This document shows positions 1 to 12,569 of a stretch of DNA of 64,000 bases, piece after piece. The notes under the pieces are model-generated. The model searched no databases. It saw only the letters and a program-made list of their open reading frames with translations, and was not told the DNA's origin. Both the position numbers and the translations under genes were made by a program. Location of the stretch: positions 1,427,924-1,491,923 of the forward strand of contig JAAOMT010000009.1 of the NCBI GenBank assembly GCA_016748015.1, read 5' to 3'. The DNA is from Geosiphon pyriformis uo1. Lineage: Eukaryota > Fungi > Glomeromycota. Numbering within the stretch: position 1 is the stretch's first letter; every line of letters starts with the position of its first letter.

Positions 1-1024
1 TTTTGAATTTATATTCACTCTCCTATCAAACCAAAGATCCTCTTTGTTCAGCCAAAGATTTCTCAATAGTAGCCTTCCGGTGAAATACACACCATATGAA
101 TCACTTGCTTGTGCTAAGCCACTTTACGAGGAGAACATGAAATTAATGCAAATGCCTGCCATCAATGAAACTGCTTATATGTCTATCATAACTGGCCGAG
201 AATCCTTTGAGCCACAGCTTGGCTATTTTTGTAATCCATCAGTATTTGCCCAAATTTTTGATGAACATTTATCCCAAGAAATTTGTGCGTTGGTTGATCA
301 AGTTAATTCAGATTTTACAAAGAACATAAACTCCCGAACTGAATATAAGCCTATAGATGATGATTGGATGGATGGCATGCAAAAACATTATACAAAGCTC
401 TTGACACAAAATTTTTTATGCGAATTGCTTGGAGCGATTGGGATCCTATTTAACAAAAAAAATAACTGGTTGATGAATAAAAACATCTCTTTCTCTTTGA
501 CATGATCTTTTTTCAAATTATCAGTTATTGAACTTCTTATTATTCAGTGGAATGCCGTCGAAATCAGAAACCAAACGAAAATTGGAGATGGATTTCACTT
601 GGCGTAACGTTTTGGACGCTTCACTGCTTCTCCATTTGCCGCAAAGTGTTCATGAAGCGAGTTTCCAAAGAGTAGCCGAATTATACGACTGTTCAAAACA
701 GCATATGGGTATATTATTGTATGATTTTTTGCATATCTTAAGTATAAAATAAACATTTAATATTTTATTTTGAAATTTATTTCAGGTCGGTCGTACATTT
801 TACATGAACAACATCGAAGAGTCAATCAATTGCATTACATAGATGAGCTTTCCACCCAAAAAAGTGTCGCCCCGAAAATTCAGGAAGTTTCAGAAACAGA
901 AAAAGGGCCTCCTGAAGAAATCCAAAAAGTAGACAAGTTGGGTAAAAGAGTTCGAGTGCAAAAAAAAGGACTTATCCGAGAAATAGACAAAATAAATGAA
1001 CAACTAAGTAATGGATGTGAATAG
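1..1024 (+). CDS. 3' part of an intron-containing gene, hypothetical protein (5' end outside window)
   Basis: Three successive + ORFs (44-505, 528-752, 770-1024) can be joined by GT..AG introns at about 469-524 and 709-785; stop TAG at 1022-1024. No family motif recognised. Confidence 0.55.
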
Positions 1025-1669
1025 TTCCCTGGAATTCACTAAGATATTTAAGTTGATCCTGTTAAAGACTTCGAATTAATTCAGGTTGGTCACGTTCTTT
1101 TTAAATGATCAGTCAACGCTTGTAACAGGTGTGGGATTGATGAAAATTATCAATAAATCCACGTATATACAAAGCGTAGAATAAAATTGGCATTATCATA
1201 AGCTTATTCCTTTATTGACACGCGAGGGAGGAATAGAATAACCTCTTGACACCACGAAGGAGACATCTATTGCCCAATTTGGGTGAAATATTGCGTTTCA
1301 TAATCAACTTTCGTTATTTTATTTAGATCAAGTTGCAGTTGTCAGGTGGTGTGTCAGAAAGTTCCTTGATATCATTGGCTCTCAAAGATTTATTTTGCCA
1401 TTTCAGCCACAAAAAGCCTTGATTCAGGAGATTAGAACTTCTCCGATAATCTCGGATATCGAATGTGATATAATTGATAGAGCATAAAAAATAATTGAAT
1501 TCCTTCCATCTACACCAAAATTATTTTTTATTTGTAAATTTGAGTCAATCCTACATTTCCAAAGTGTGGAAAGAGCTTCTGACCTTAATATTAAAGTCTT
1601 TTGATTTCCTTTAAAGATTTGTGTGATAAATTACGCGACTGATTTCCCCCTCAAATCCTGTTTTTTGAA

Positions 1670-3115
1670 ATGAGATTGTTAAAAACCTCTCATATACTAC
1701 TGTCAATTTTGGGACTTTTCGCCTGTTCAACCATCCGAGTGGGGCAGGCAAACGAGAGCCCCCCTGATAGTGTAATTCCTCTTCGCACCCACTCTATATA
1801 CATGCCTTATATAGGTTTGTCCTGAATTTTCTTTTCATTGACATGGAATTTTTATTAACCTTCGCTGTCATTTCTAGATCAAGATCTTCAAAATCGGTGG
1901 TTTGACTTTGGCGCTGATACTGTAATCAACACCAATAAATATATTCGTTTGACTCATGATCGGCCTTCTCAAACTGGTTGGTTATGGAGTCGATTGGTAA
2001 ATTCATTTTTCACATGTATTTCGCCTATATATGATCTATCTATTAATTTAGACACTTGACTTTACAAATTCCCCAGCCACTAACTGCAACGAATTGGCAG
2101 GTGGAGATTGAATTTAAAATAGACGGTGCTAATCCAAATTTATTTGGCGATGGATTGGCAATCTGGTTTACCAAACAACGTGCAAATCCTGGTCCTGTTT
2201 TTGGCTTCCAGGATAATTTTGAAGGGCTTGGGATCATTATTGATACATATGCTAACTCCAGGCAGCATGTAAATACCTTTGCAAACTCTTTTTGATAAAC
2301 ATTTATGCCTTTATAATTTTCTAAATTTTCAAGAAATCTTTTATTTAGCACTCATTTCCATACATAATGGCAATGCTCGGAGATGGTAAAACCTCATATG
2401 ATCATGATAATGATGGTAAATCTAATGAACTAGCCGGTTGCGAGGTAATATTAATAATTCATCATAAAAAACCAGACCTTTAAAGTTAACTTGATTCTTG
2501 TTTTAGGCTGATGTTCGGTCCAAAACTATTCCCACTAAAGCACGGATTACATATTACAAGGAGAATTATCTTGAGGTATTAAATCAGCTAAGCATTTTCC
2601 TTGGCTATTTGAAAGCTAAAATACCCTTTAATATTGATTACTTTAAACAGTTAAAGTTGCAATACAAGGCATGGGACCAATGGGAATCCTGCTTCACTCT
2701 CCCGAATGTAACCCTACCAAATATTGTATATCTTGGTTTTACCGCGCTAACGGGTGAAGTTAGTGGTAAGACTAATTACATTTGTATTTGATATTTTTTC
2801 ATAATAAAATCTGAAATTTCTCATTTGCTTGGTAGATAACCATGATATAATCAGTGTTACCACCAATAATATAATTTCTTTACCAACAGGAAAACACACA
2901 TACAAGGTAAGTGTCGAAAATTTTGTTTTTCATACTTGGTTTTATAAATTATAATTTTTCTATATTCTTGATAGGCTCCATTAAGGACTCAGGATACTGG
3001 GTCAGGATGGTCTGGGTTTATATTTTTTATCAAATTGGTCGCGATAGTACTTTTCCTTAGTGCTGCAGTAATGGTATATAGAATGTATCAGTCTCAAGCA
3101 AATAAACGCTTTTGA
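1670..3115 (+). CDS. L-type (legume-like) lectin cargo receptor, VIP36/LMAN2/Emp47 family, multi-exon
   Basis: Signal peptide MRLLKTSHILLSILGLFACS; motifs NRWFDFGADT, GDGLAIW, GPVFG, GLGIIIDTYAN, YDHDNDG, YLGFTALTG; C-terminal TM helix; cytosolic tail ending NKRF* (TGA 3113-3115); short GT-AG introns. Confidence 0.9.
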
Positions 3116-3495
3116 AAAAAAATTTCTCCTATTTACCCAGTAATGGATTTACGTCTTTAGGAATATTATCTATAACTTGTTACATAGTACTCTATTATTT
3201 ATAGTCTAAAATATATGGATCAAAATACTTTAAAAGTTCGATATAAAAGAATAGAACTAAAACTAATTTTGAAATCTCTGAATTTTTGTTTTTATACCAA
3301 ATATTTCATTGTCGCAAAATTTCTTACAAATCAGCACAATACCCATATTGAAGTGATTCTATTAAGTAATTATTCTGCAATTTTTCTAATTACGAAATTG
3401 GGCTTTTAAGAAAGCTGCAAGCCAATTAAATTCCAACTCCGATGTCTTGGGATAGCAACCTGAATACATGTTCAGTTTACAGTCTCCCAAAAGGA

Positions 3496-6382
3496 TCATT
3501 CACCCTCGCTTTCATAATTAGCCAATAGACCAAACGATCCGCCAACCTGTGCTGGCGTGTCTCGGATCACTGTAAATTCCTCATCACTGGTATCGCCATC
3601 TGATTTATCCTTATAACAATATTCATTCTTAGTGACTGGCTTTTTTTCAGCATTTAATTTCTTTGTTTTCAGAGATTCTGCATCGATATCTTCACTGATT
3701 GTCAAATATTCCGCGTTTGAAAAAAAACCAGGAGGTTTAGTAGAAAGTAATATTCGTCCGTCGTTTGCCAGACGTAGTATAGCATTGGCTGCACGATAAA
3801 CATCTGGGCGAGAAGATCTATTGGTGAAAAAGCGACGCTTGATAGCATAAGCTAGTAAAGAGAAAATCATAATTAGAAATTGAAGAACGGTATTGATAAT
3901 TTGAACGATTTAATAATTTGAAACAGGAGTTGTCCATGCCTTCACAAATATCCCATGCTGACCATTGATAATCCTTTTCAGTCTCTGGAGGAGTAAGTCC
4001 TAAGATTATCTCCAAAGGGACTCTTTCCGCCTTTCGTTTATTGTCGGATGGTATGGAACGTTAATTATTAAGTAAATAAATCTCAAATGAGATCTTTATA
4101 AAATAATCAACAAACCAAATATTGAATGGTTGTATAAGGCTCCTGAACTTGTGCAATAGAATACATCCCAGATAAAATCTATGTGAAAGTAGTAAATATG
4201 AGCATTTAGATATATTATGAAGTGATATTCTGATAATCTGCAAACCTGCATGGGCTTTGGAAGTAAACTTGGAAATACTAATCCAGGAGAATCACACAAG
4301 CGGACATTTCCAGTAAGATGAATGGTTTGGAAATGCTTTGTGTGTCCTTAAATTGAAAGGATTTTCTCGATAAGAGTTTAAAGGTTAATAATTTGAAAGA
4401 ACTTTTAGTAAATACCTGGAGTTTTTGATGCACTAACTACGGTTCTTCCCAGCATGCCATTAATGAGGCTACTTTTCCCCACATTTGGGTGGCCTATATA
4501 TTCAAATAAATAAGTTAATTTTATTTTGAAAATTGACAATTTATTATAGGCACATACCCACAAGTCCAATAGTTACATAATCTTTGTGTGGTATCATCTC
4601 TGAAGGTTCGATGTCAAGCTTTAGTAATTCTAATTTTTAAGAAAATACGCCTGAATTAGAGCTATAAAGTAAACTAAATCATTTTAACCACAATGTGTTT
4701 GATCTATAACTTAGTTCATCAAGCTTGTCTTCCTGCGCGATTTTCGCTTCATCTGGCTCAATGTCTTCCTCAAAACTTTCTTCCCCACTATCTATCGCTT
4801 TCTCGTTATGATCATCCTCACTACTAGAATGTTCGACTACATCACTGTAATCTTCAGCTCGAGAATATTGTGATATCAGAGACTCCCAATCTACTTCTAA
4901 CCCTTGTTTCACAAGCTTTATTTCTTTGCACGCATTAAGTAAATCTCTGATACCGACCGCACGTTGATATTTGTGATTAGGAGGCCTAGCTTTTTTCTGT
5001 AAAAAAGCTTTTCAAAAATAAAATCAAAAACTGTATAAAATGGTACGGCCAACTCGGGTTACTTTTAATCACCTGTAGATGTATCATCCTCTAACTTGTT
5101 ATTTGTCGGAAAACAACTAAACTCTACGACATGTACGCCCGGAAATTCCCGTTCAAAATATCGAGACCAAGCATATCTAGTTTTCTTTGCCACCAAATCT
5201 ATCTAAATTTGAATTGATTTTTTTATTTCAAATCGTGATAATAGTCAAAAATTTTTATTAATTCCATCGTGATTACCTTATTAAAGACAAGTACCATACT
5301 TCGCTTTAACTCTTTAACAACATAATTGTATAAAGAGGGAGGAAAATGCAATAACGGGTGGCGGATGTCGACGATAATAAAAATTATATCAGAGATCTCG
5401 AAGACGCGCCATCTTGATTTAGGAATGTGGAAGATAAGATCACGTCCAAAACTTGTGAAAATAATAAAGTCTGGATATTCAAAACTTACAATTGCCTCCA
5501 AACCTATAATGATTGAGAGATTAATGGAAAGAAGAGGGATCTGAAGATTAAAGAGACGTTTCATACCTCAATATTATGTTCAAAGAAGCTCAATTCTTCA
5601 TTTCCCCATCTCTCGTATAAATCCTTCAGCCATTGCTGAAAATATCGTTCCTCGCTTATTACCAATTGCTCTCTGGTCATTTTGTAATTCCATGGAGGCC
5701 TTTTGGGAAATTCAATGATTACTGGGTACATATCTTGAGCAGATACTTCCAATTCCGACTTTAAATAAAAGTGTCCGAATTAATTTGTTCCTTTACATAC
5801 GCAGGTCTTGCTATTTGAGAATTAACTCACTTTAGGAAGGCGAGTCAAGGGTTTCATACTGGCTAAACGATTTTTCTGAACCTCACGAGGTGTCAACTTC
5901 TTAAAAATTGAATATAGTCTTAAATATAAAATAAAATAATGATATGGGTTAAAGAATTGTATCGCAAAGTGGGAAATCTAAAAGAATTAATGACTTGGTA
6001 TGATCCCGAGAGTCCACCGGATCTAAGGCATCAACGATTTTTCCTGATTCTTCATCTGAATTACGAGTCAACCCGCCTTGCTTTGTTGTTGTTAAGGATG
6101 ATGATGATAAGTTTTCAGTTTTTAAAGGGTCCACACTTTCATCGAGATCTAAGAAGTATTGTAATTATTCCCAGGAAATGGGAAGAGTTTATTCATTTCT
6201 TAGAAATCAGGATTATTATCGCCTTTATTTAAATTTGATTCAATCATTCTGTAATATTCCACTTTTAAAAAATTCTAAACCAAACCGTCAGTAATTCGCC
6301 CAACGTTTTTGGTGCGTCTTTCTTGTAATTGCTTGCGCTTTTGTTTTCCACTGAAGGGTTTCTTTCGATGTTTGGCATTCAT
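3496..6382 (-). CDS. GNL1: Guanine nucleotide-binding protein-like 1 (circularly permuted GTPase, YlqF/YawG family), multi-exon
   Basis: N-terminus MNAKHRKKPFSGKQKRKQLQ resembles the GNL1 start; FPKRPPW, FEHNIEV, DIRHP, G1 GHPNVGKSSLIN, TPGHTKHFQT, G3 CDSPGLVFPS, PDVYRAAN. Confidence 0.9.
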
Positions 6383-6965
6383 GACCGAAAAGGGAATCGA
6401 TAATAAAGAACTTTAATCTATGAAAAGCCTTAATTGGCCCAAATAAACGATCATCAGGGTGGAATTATTTTGATCAATTGATTTTGTTTGCTAAATTTGA
6501 CAAGTTTTCCTGTTAAGCAATTAACAATTCCCAGTAGCACCATCTTTAATTTTTATCCTTTTGAACCAATTAAGACTATATTTTTGGGTTTAAAAACTCT
6601 ATGTGAATAACTCTAAAATTTTGTTGATAGTTATAATCACACATTTTGCTGACAATGGCCTTCGCTATATAACAAAACCAAAGAGCAAAATAGAAGAAAA
6701 TTAGACAGATATTACAAGTCGTGGGTAAAATTACAATAAGGAATGTACGAAATGTGAAAAAAAGTAAAAGAGGGTCAAAGAAAATGTCCTTTTGATACGG
6801 GTTTAGGGACTAAATTCAAGATATCAAAAGCAAAAATATATAATTACAAGTAAAACGAGTGGACAGTAAAAATTGTATAACAAAGGATGAATATATAGTC
6901 AGCAAGAACGACAGGTGCAAAATGGGAATCCCAATGAAACCGGCGGATTTTACGTCTATGATTGA

Positions 6966-8344
6966 TTAGTTTGTGGTTACCACATTGTCAGAGAGATTGA
7001 CCAAAAGTTGGGCCAAGTAACGCTTGGTATGGGCATCATCTTTTAAAACTTGAGAAAATGTGGCGTCGCGAAGAGGTTCTGGTAAACATTGGCGTAAAGC
7101 CTCTCTAGCCCTATTAGTTGAAATCAATTTAATCAGCTTTGACAATAACTTATTCGATTCAATAATATAGAGTTATAAGTTACCTTGGATTTTCCGAAAG
7201 TCGAACATAACAACGTACAACGTGTTTTAACAGACGGACTGCTTGAGTCTCAACAAGTTGACTGACCATGTTGCTCAATACGGTCCCCACAGCGTAAAAT
7301 CGCTCATAGGTTTGACAAATATAAGACAAACCTAATTCGTCCAAAAGTATTTTTTGGACAATAAATATGGCCACCGTTTTGGAGAGTTCACTCCCCGTTT
7401 CCATGATACGTAAACATAGTGGGATAATTTCGGTAGATAGGAGGAAATTGATAACTTCGGTATTGTCATTCTATAATAATTTATACAATTAAAATTAAAT
7501 TTTTTATTTGCTTATTTTGCTTCCAGGAAATGTACCTTGACTAGAGCTCCAATTACACCGAGACTTGTTAGCCTTAGATATTCAAATGGCCTGGTTTTGC
7601 TCGTTGTATTGAGGAATGGGTACAGGAACAATGGAATGTGGGCTGAAAAATTGAAAATTTTCAGCCTACCAACCAATTACGATCATCAATTAACTAAGTA
7701 ACGAAAATTACCATGAAGAAACAACCCTCTTGTTTCACCGTGGCTCGCGACGCATTGTAACAATGCTAAGGCATTACAAACTCGATTTGAAATATGAGCT
7801 GTCAACGCGGGTGGGGATAACATGGGATAAACCGATACAATCTCTTGAAGCAAGGCAGCCATGACTCCTAAAGTGTGGTTGATTGCAATTTGATTGAGAT
7901 ACCACGAAAAATAAATATTTCTCAGAACTAAAATCAGAACATACCGAAAGAGTGCCAAAGGATCAAAGCCAAGTCATCGTACTGTTCGCGCTTTTTGCTA
8001 AGCTCCAGCAGAGCTTGTTCACGATTTACAGGATTTGTGAGCTCGATGACAAGTGTATAAATTTTGTCTTCTTCAATGGACTGAGCATACTTTTGTTGTT
8101 GTTGTTGCTGTTGCTGCTGTTGCATACTAGGAAGACTGATTGGCCCTCCTGAAGGATTACCCCAAAGATCGCCCATTTGAAGTCCATGTATGTTTGCAGC
8201 TGACGCATGAAGATGATTAGATAAAGAGGCTGCACCCGGAAGGTTTAAAGGATTAGGCGTTGCTAAAGCTGAGGCGGCAGCCTGTTGCAATTGCAGATAC
8301 TGTTGAAGTTGAGGATTATTGTGGTGTTGTGAAATAGAGTGCAT
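6966..8344 (-). CDS. CNOT9: CCR4-NOT subunit Rcd1/Caf40/CNOT9, multi-exon, with Q-rich N-terminal extension
   Basis: [89 protein letters not shown]; stop at 6966-6968. Confidence 0.95.
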
Positions 8345-9226
8345 GACTGTTTAAATTATTGAAAGTGGTCGTTATGTACTGGGAAATGTAGTTCCGGGAG
8401 CGTATTTTCAGTATGATATTCTAGTCAAAGGACTTCTTAAATTTTAATACAACGGCAAACCGTTTTACTGCGTTTTTTGCCAGATTTTTTTTTGTTTTGT
8501 TATAGCACTGTCTAGTCGCCAAAATTATATAATATCATCTAGGTGAATAACGTCACTGATCATCTGATCAATTCATATTTTTGTTTTATAACATTAACAA
8601 TTTTTATTATATATTTTCTTAATAATTATATTTAATATAAATTTAAATTAATTGTAACCTAAGACAAAAAAACACAAATTTTAATAAAAAAACATATAAA
8701 TTCTAATGATAATTAATTTTATTTTGTATTAAAATACAAATATTAAATATTAAAATAATATGTTTAAATAATATAAATATAAATATTATTAATTTGATTT
8801 TTTTATAATGTTCAATTAAGAAAAATTAAAATATTCAATTATTAACAAATAATAAAAAATATAATAATAATAAAACTAATTAATTAGATTTCTATAAATT
8901 TAACCAAATTTTTATTTAATTAAATACTCCAAAATTTTAATATTGTAAGTTTATAATATTTTTTTACTAATATATTAAAATATTTTATGTTATATAAATT
9001 AATAATAATAATATTTTTTATATTTATTTATTATACTTATTATTTTTAATATTTTTTAATATGTTTTTGTATTTTCAATAACTTATTTTTAAATTTATAA
9101 TGTTTTAACAGTTTAAAAATAACAAATCAGATTGAAAATTTTTTGCCAGCGATTTCTTTTTATATATATATGTTACTTTATTATCTATTTTCGCATTCTA
9201 AGATTAGATTTTCACGGGAGCACAAG

Positions 9227-9290
9227 TCGCGTTCATTTCCATTCTGATTGTTTTGACGTCACGCGAATTCGTAAATTCGCGACATAAACA
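9227..9290 (+). promoter_or_regulatory. Candidate cell-cycle promoter elements upstream of the cyclin gene (MCB/SCB-like CGCG cores and a forkhead-type site)
   Basis: TCGCGT at about 9227, ACGCGAA at about 9261, TTCGCGA at about 9276 and ATAAACA at 9284-9290 cluster 135-200 bp upstream of the ATG in otherwise CpG-poor DNA. Confidence 0.4.
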
Positions 9291-9425
9291 TTATTAAAGA
9301 ATGAAATAGATAAAAACGATTACTTTGCTTTTGGTGATTTTATTCTCAAGTTCCCACCCTTTCCTCGATTTTCTACTTTCGACTTAAATAACTAAGTATC
9401 TATAACCTAAATTTCCTACTTTAAA

Positions 9426-10927
9426 ATGTCGCCTCCAAAACCGATAACGGCCGCTCCACGTAATTTTAAGCGATCAGCTCTAAGCGATGTCAGCAATATT
9501 CCCGTCATAAAGCCATTAAAGACGAAAACGAATTCGGTCACCGATGAAAACGCTGGTCCTTCTAAACAAACTTTAACAAAACCGGTGGCACCTATTACGC
9601 TTCGAGCTCCAATACAGAAAAATGCCATTGGTGTAACCGGTACTTTCGCAAGAAGAACGCTAAGGGAAACTGTAAATCATGGCGCTCTTGAAAACGAGAT
9701 TACCGTTCGCGAAGAGAAAGTGGTTTTTACAAAAGTCGAAAAACAGACCACCACCCATGAAGTAAAAGTGGCCTTGCCAAAACCAGAAGTAAACAGACCT
9801 GTCTTTAGAAATGCAATGATTAGACAAGAACGAATAAAACAACCCTCTATAAGTACAACTTTGCTACCTAGTACATCCCATCTTGCCAAAAAACCAAAAG
9901 TATATGATTGGGATGATCTTGATGTGGATGACCACGATGATCCTTTAATGGTATCAGAATATGTAGTTGAGATATTCGAATATTTGAAAGGGCTTGAAGT
10001 GAGTATTAAATGGGGTTTGTTTGTCCACAATCAAAATAAAATGATTGTGAATATTAACTGCTTTTAAATACGTATCATAACATAGCTTGAAACGATGCCC
10101 AATCCTAATTATATGGAAACTCAAAAAGAATTAGCTTGGAAAATGCGTTCCATACTTGTAGATTGGTTGATTGAAGCGCATAACAGGTTTCGCCTCTTAC
10201 CCGAAACACTTTTCTTAGCCGTTAATATCGTTGACCGCTTCCTTTCTGCACGTGTGGTCTCTTTGGTGAAATTACAATTGGTCGGCATTACCGCGATGTT
10301 CATCGCGTCAAAATACGAGGAAACTTTGGCACCTTCCATGAAAAATTTCATATACATGTCTGATGGGGGTTATACTGAGCAAGAAATTCTTAAAGCTGAG
10401 CGTTATATTCTCCAAACACTCGACTTTAAGTTGAGCTATCCATCACCTATGAATTTTCTCAGGCGAAGTTCCAAAGCGGATAATTATGAAATTCACGCCC
10501 GCACAGTCGCCAAATATCTTCTTGAGGTAACTTTGCTTGATCACCGATTCTTAGCTATTACTCCATCAAAAGCAGCAGCCTCGGCTCTCTACCTTGCTCG
10601 CCAGATGATTGGTAGTGGTGAATGGGTGAGTTAATTAAAAATGAAGAAAAGATTCGCTTCTTATTTAGGCAAATAATTCTCACTCGATAAATTTCTTCGA
10701 TTCCTCATTAGCATGCAAACCTGGTCCACTATTCAAATTATACTGAAGAAGAACTTCGACCCTGCGTTGAATTGATCATTGATTATTTGAGAAAGCCCAT
10801 GAAATACGATGCCCTTTATAAAAAATATGCAACCAAACGTTTCATGAAGGCTAGTATATTTGTGCAAGAGACGATCAACAAGTATAACAATCAACTCGAA
10901 CGAAACTCTGGGCCTATTCAACGCTAG
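9426..10927 (+). CDS. G2/M B-type cyclin (Cdc13/Clb/NimE-like); exons about 9426-9998, 10086-10625, 10712-10927
   Basis: D-box RSALSDVSN; DPLMVSEYVVEIFEYL; cyclin box MRSILVDWL, ETLFLAVNIVDRFL, KLQLVGITAMFIASKYEE; C-terminal LYKKYATKRFMKAS; canonical splice sites. Confidence 0.95.
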
Positions 10928-11566
10928 GATATTTGGTCGTGGGCGGAAAAATGTTGAACAACATTTATGAACTCAACAACTGCGTAGGCCTGGATACTTT
11001 GAAGATGGGACATGATTTTTGACATGATAAAACCTTAGTTGCAACTGGCTTTTTCAAAGATGGACAATGACAAAGCATATTTTTTATTCTTAAAAATACA
11101 TACTAATTCCAGTTAGTAAAGTTTACCTTTACGTCTGTTATCCTAACACCCTTTAATCATATTCATAATATTTATCAAAACTTTCCACCTTCCAAACTTA
11201 TGCTATAACAGTTAATCAACTTAGTCATGAAAGTTGAAGCCTTGAAGACTTCCATTATGCGAAATGGCCGATCTCTTCGTTTGAACTTTGGAATTTTATA
11301 GCCTCCCAAAATACGAGTAAACCTAATTAACGATATCTTTTGTGTTGTCGTAATTTCATCTTTAAATCTGCGAAAATCAAGATTTAACTCGATTTTGTAT
11401 ACGTTAGTATAATTTTAATCATAAAAACAATTAGCTTTTAAACCTATTGTAAACGTCACCATAATTATTATTTTTTATATTGAGTATTTTGTAGGATTGA
11501 AATATAAACATCCCATAATTTGAATTTGAAATTTGGGTATTTTCGTTTTAAAAAACTCGGGCAAAA

Positions 11567-11760
11567 ATGGCAAAATCCTATCTAAAACACAGCACGAAAC
11601 AATTTACACTTCTGGAATAATGGCATAAGCAACGAAGATTCCAATACGAACAATATATGACAACCCGAAGAAACTGGTACTTTAGACCGAAAAAAAGGGT
11701 CTGGTCAACATTTGGCAGCTGGAGGATACAATAAAAACAATACCTGACGAAATCTTTGCA
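11567..11760 (+). mobile_element. Probable Tc1/mariner-type transposase remnant (N-terminal HTH fragment, frameshifted)
   Basis: Shifting frames give LHFWNNGI / TKIPIRTIYDNPKKL / ETGTLDRKKGSGQ, typical of the Tc1-like HTH followed by a GRP-like motif. No TIRs identified. Confidence 0.45.
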
Positions 11761-12569
11761 TGCGTGACTTTTCTAAAAAAGGTAAGCTTGTTTGCATGCC
11801 TCAATAAAACAATGATCTTAAGTATATAAGCTGTCTTTACTAAAATGTACATTATTTTTTAATATAATTATTATATAAAGATAATTTAAAGTGACTGGTC
11901 ACGTGCAAAATTTTTATAGTTTCTAAAACTATTATTACTTTCAGTTAAATAAAACATCGTAAAAATACTTTTTTTAGCTATTTTTAAATCAAAACAGTTT
12001 TTACTTATTATTCAAATAAAAATTGAAAAAATTAATAAGTTTAAAATTAACTAATTAAATTTTAGCATTATAGATAACGTAATAATACCAAAAATACCAA
12101 AAATTCTAAAAATACCAAAAAAAATATTAAATTATTTTATATTATTAAAAAAATATATACAAATAACAATGGATAAAAAAAGAATAAATTTAAATAAAAC
12201 ACTCTGTTTTGAAAAATTAGTTTATTAGAGCCAAAAATTATAGAATTTTATTTAATTAATTATTAAAAAACATAATACATAATAATTTTAATTAAGTAAA
12301 AAAGTAATAATTATGTATTTAATATAATTTTTATTTATTATTTAAATAGATAAAATAATTAAGTTGAATAATTAAATAAAAAATATATATAAATAAAAAT
12401 ATACAAATACTTAGTATTTTAATAAGTTGTATTATTTTTTTTTATTACAAGTTTAATGAATGAAGTCCAACCACTATCTAATACATAAAACCAAACTAAG
12501 TGAAACCAATTAAACACAGCTCACGTACAGATTACATATGGCCAGTCACTCAGGCCAGACAAGACAACA

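Noticed and set aside
8580-9130. Very AT-rich block between CNOT9 and cyclin B as a specific element (origin or MITE)
   Set aside because: No terminal repeats, TSD or recognisable homology visible.
9677-10357. Antisense ORFs over cyclin B (and similar ones over GNL1, CNOT9, RABL6, SF3B4 and the TEs)
   Set aside because: Shadow frames of genuine coding sequence with no independent evidence.
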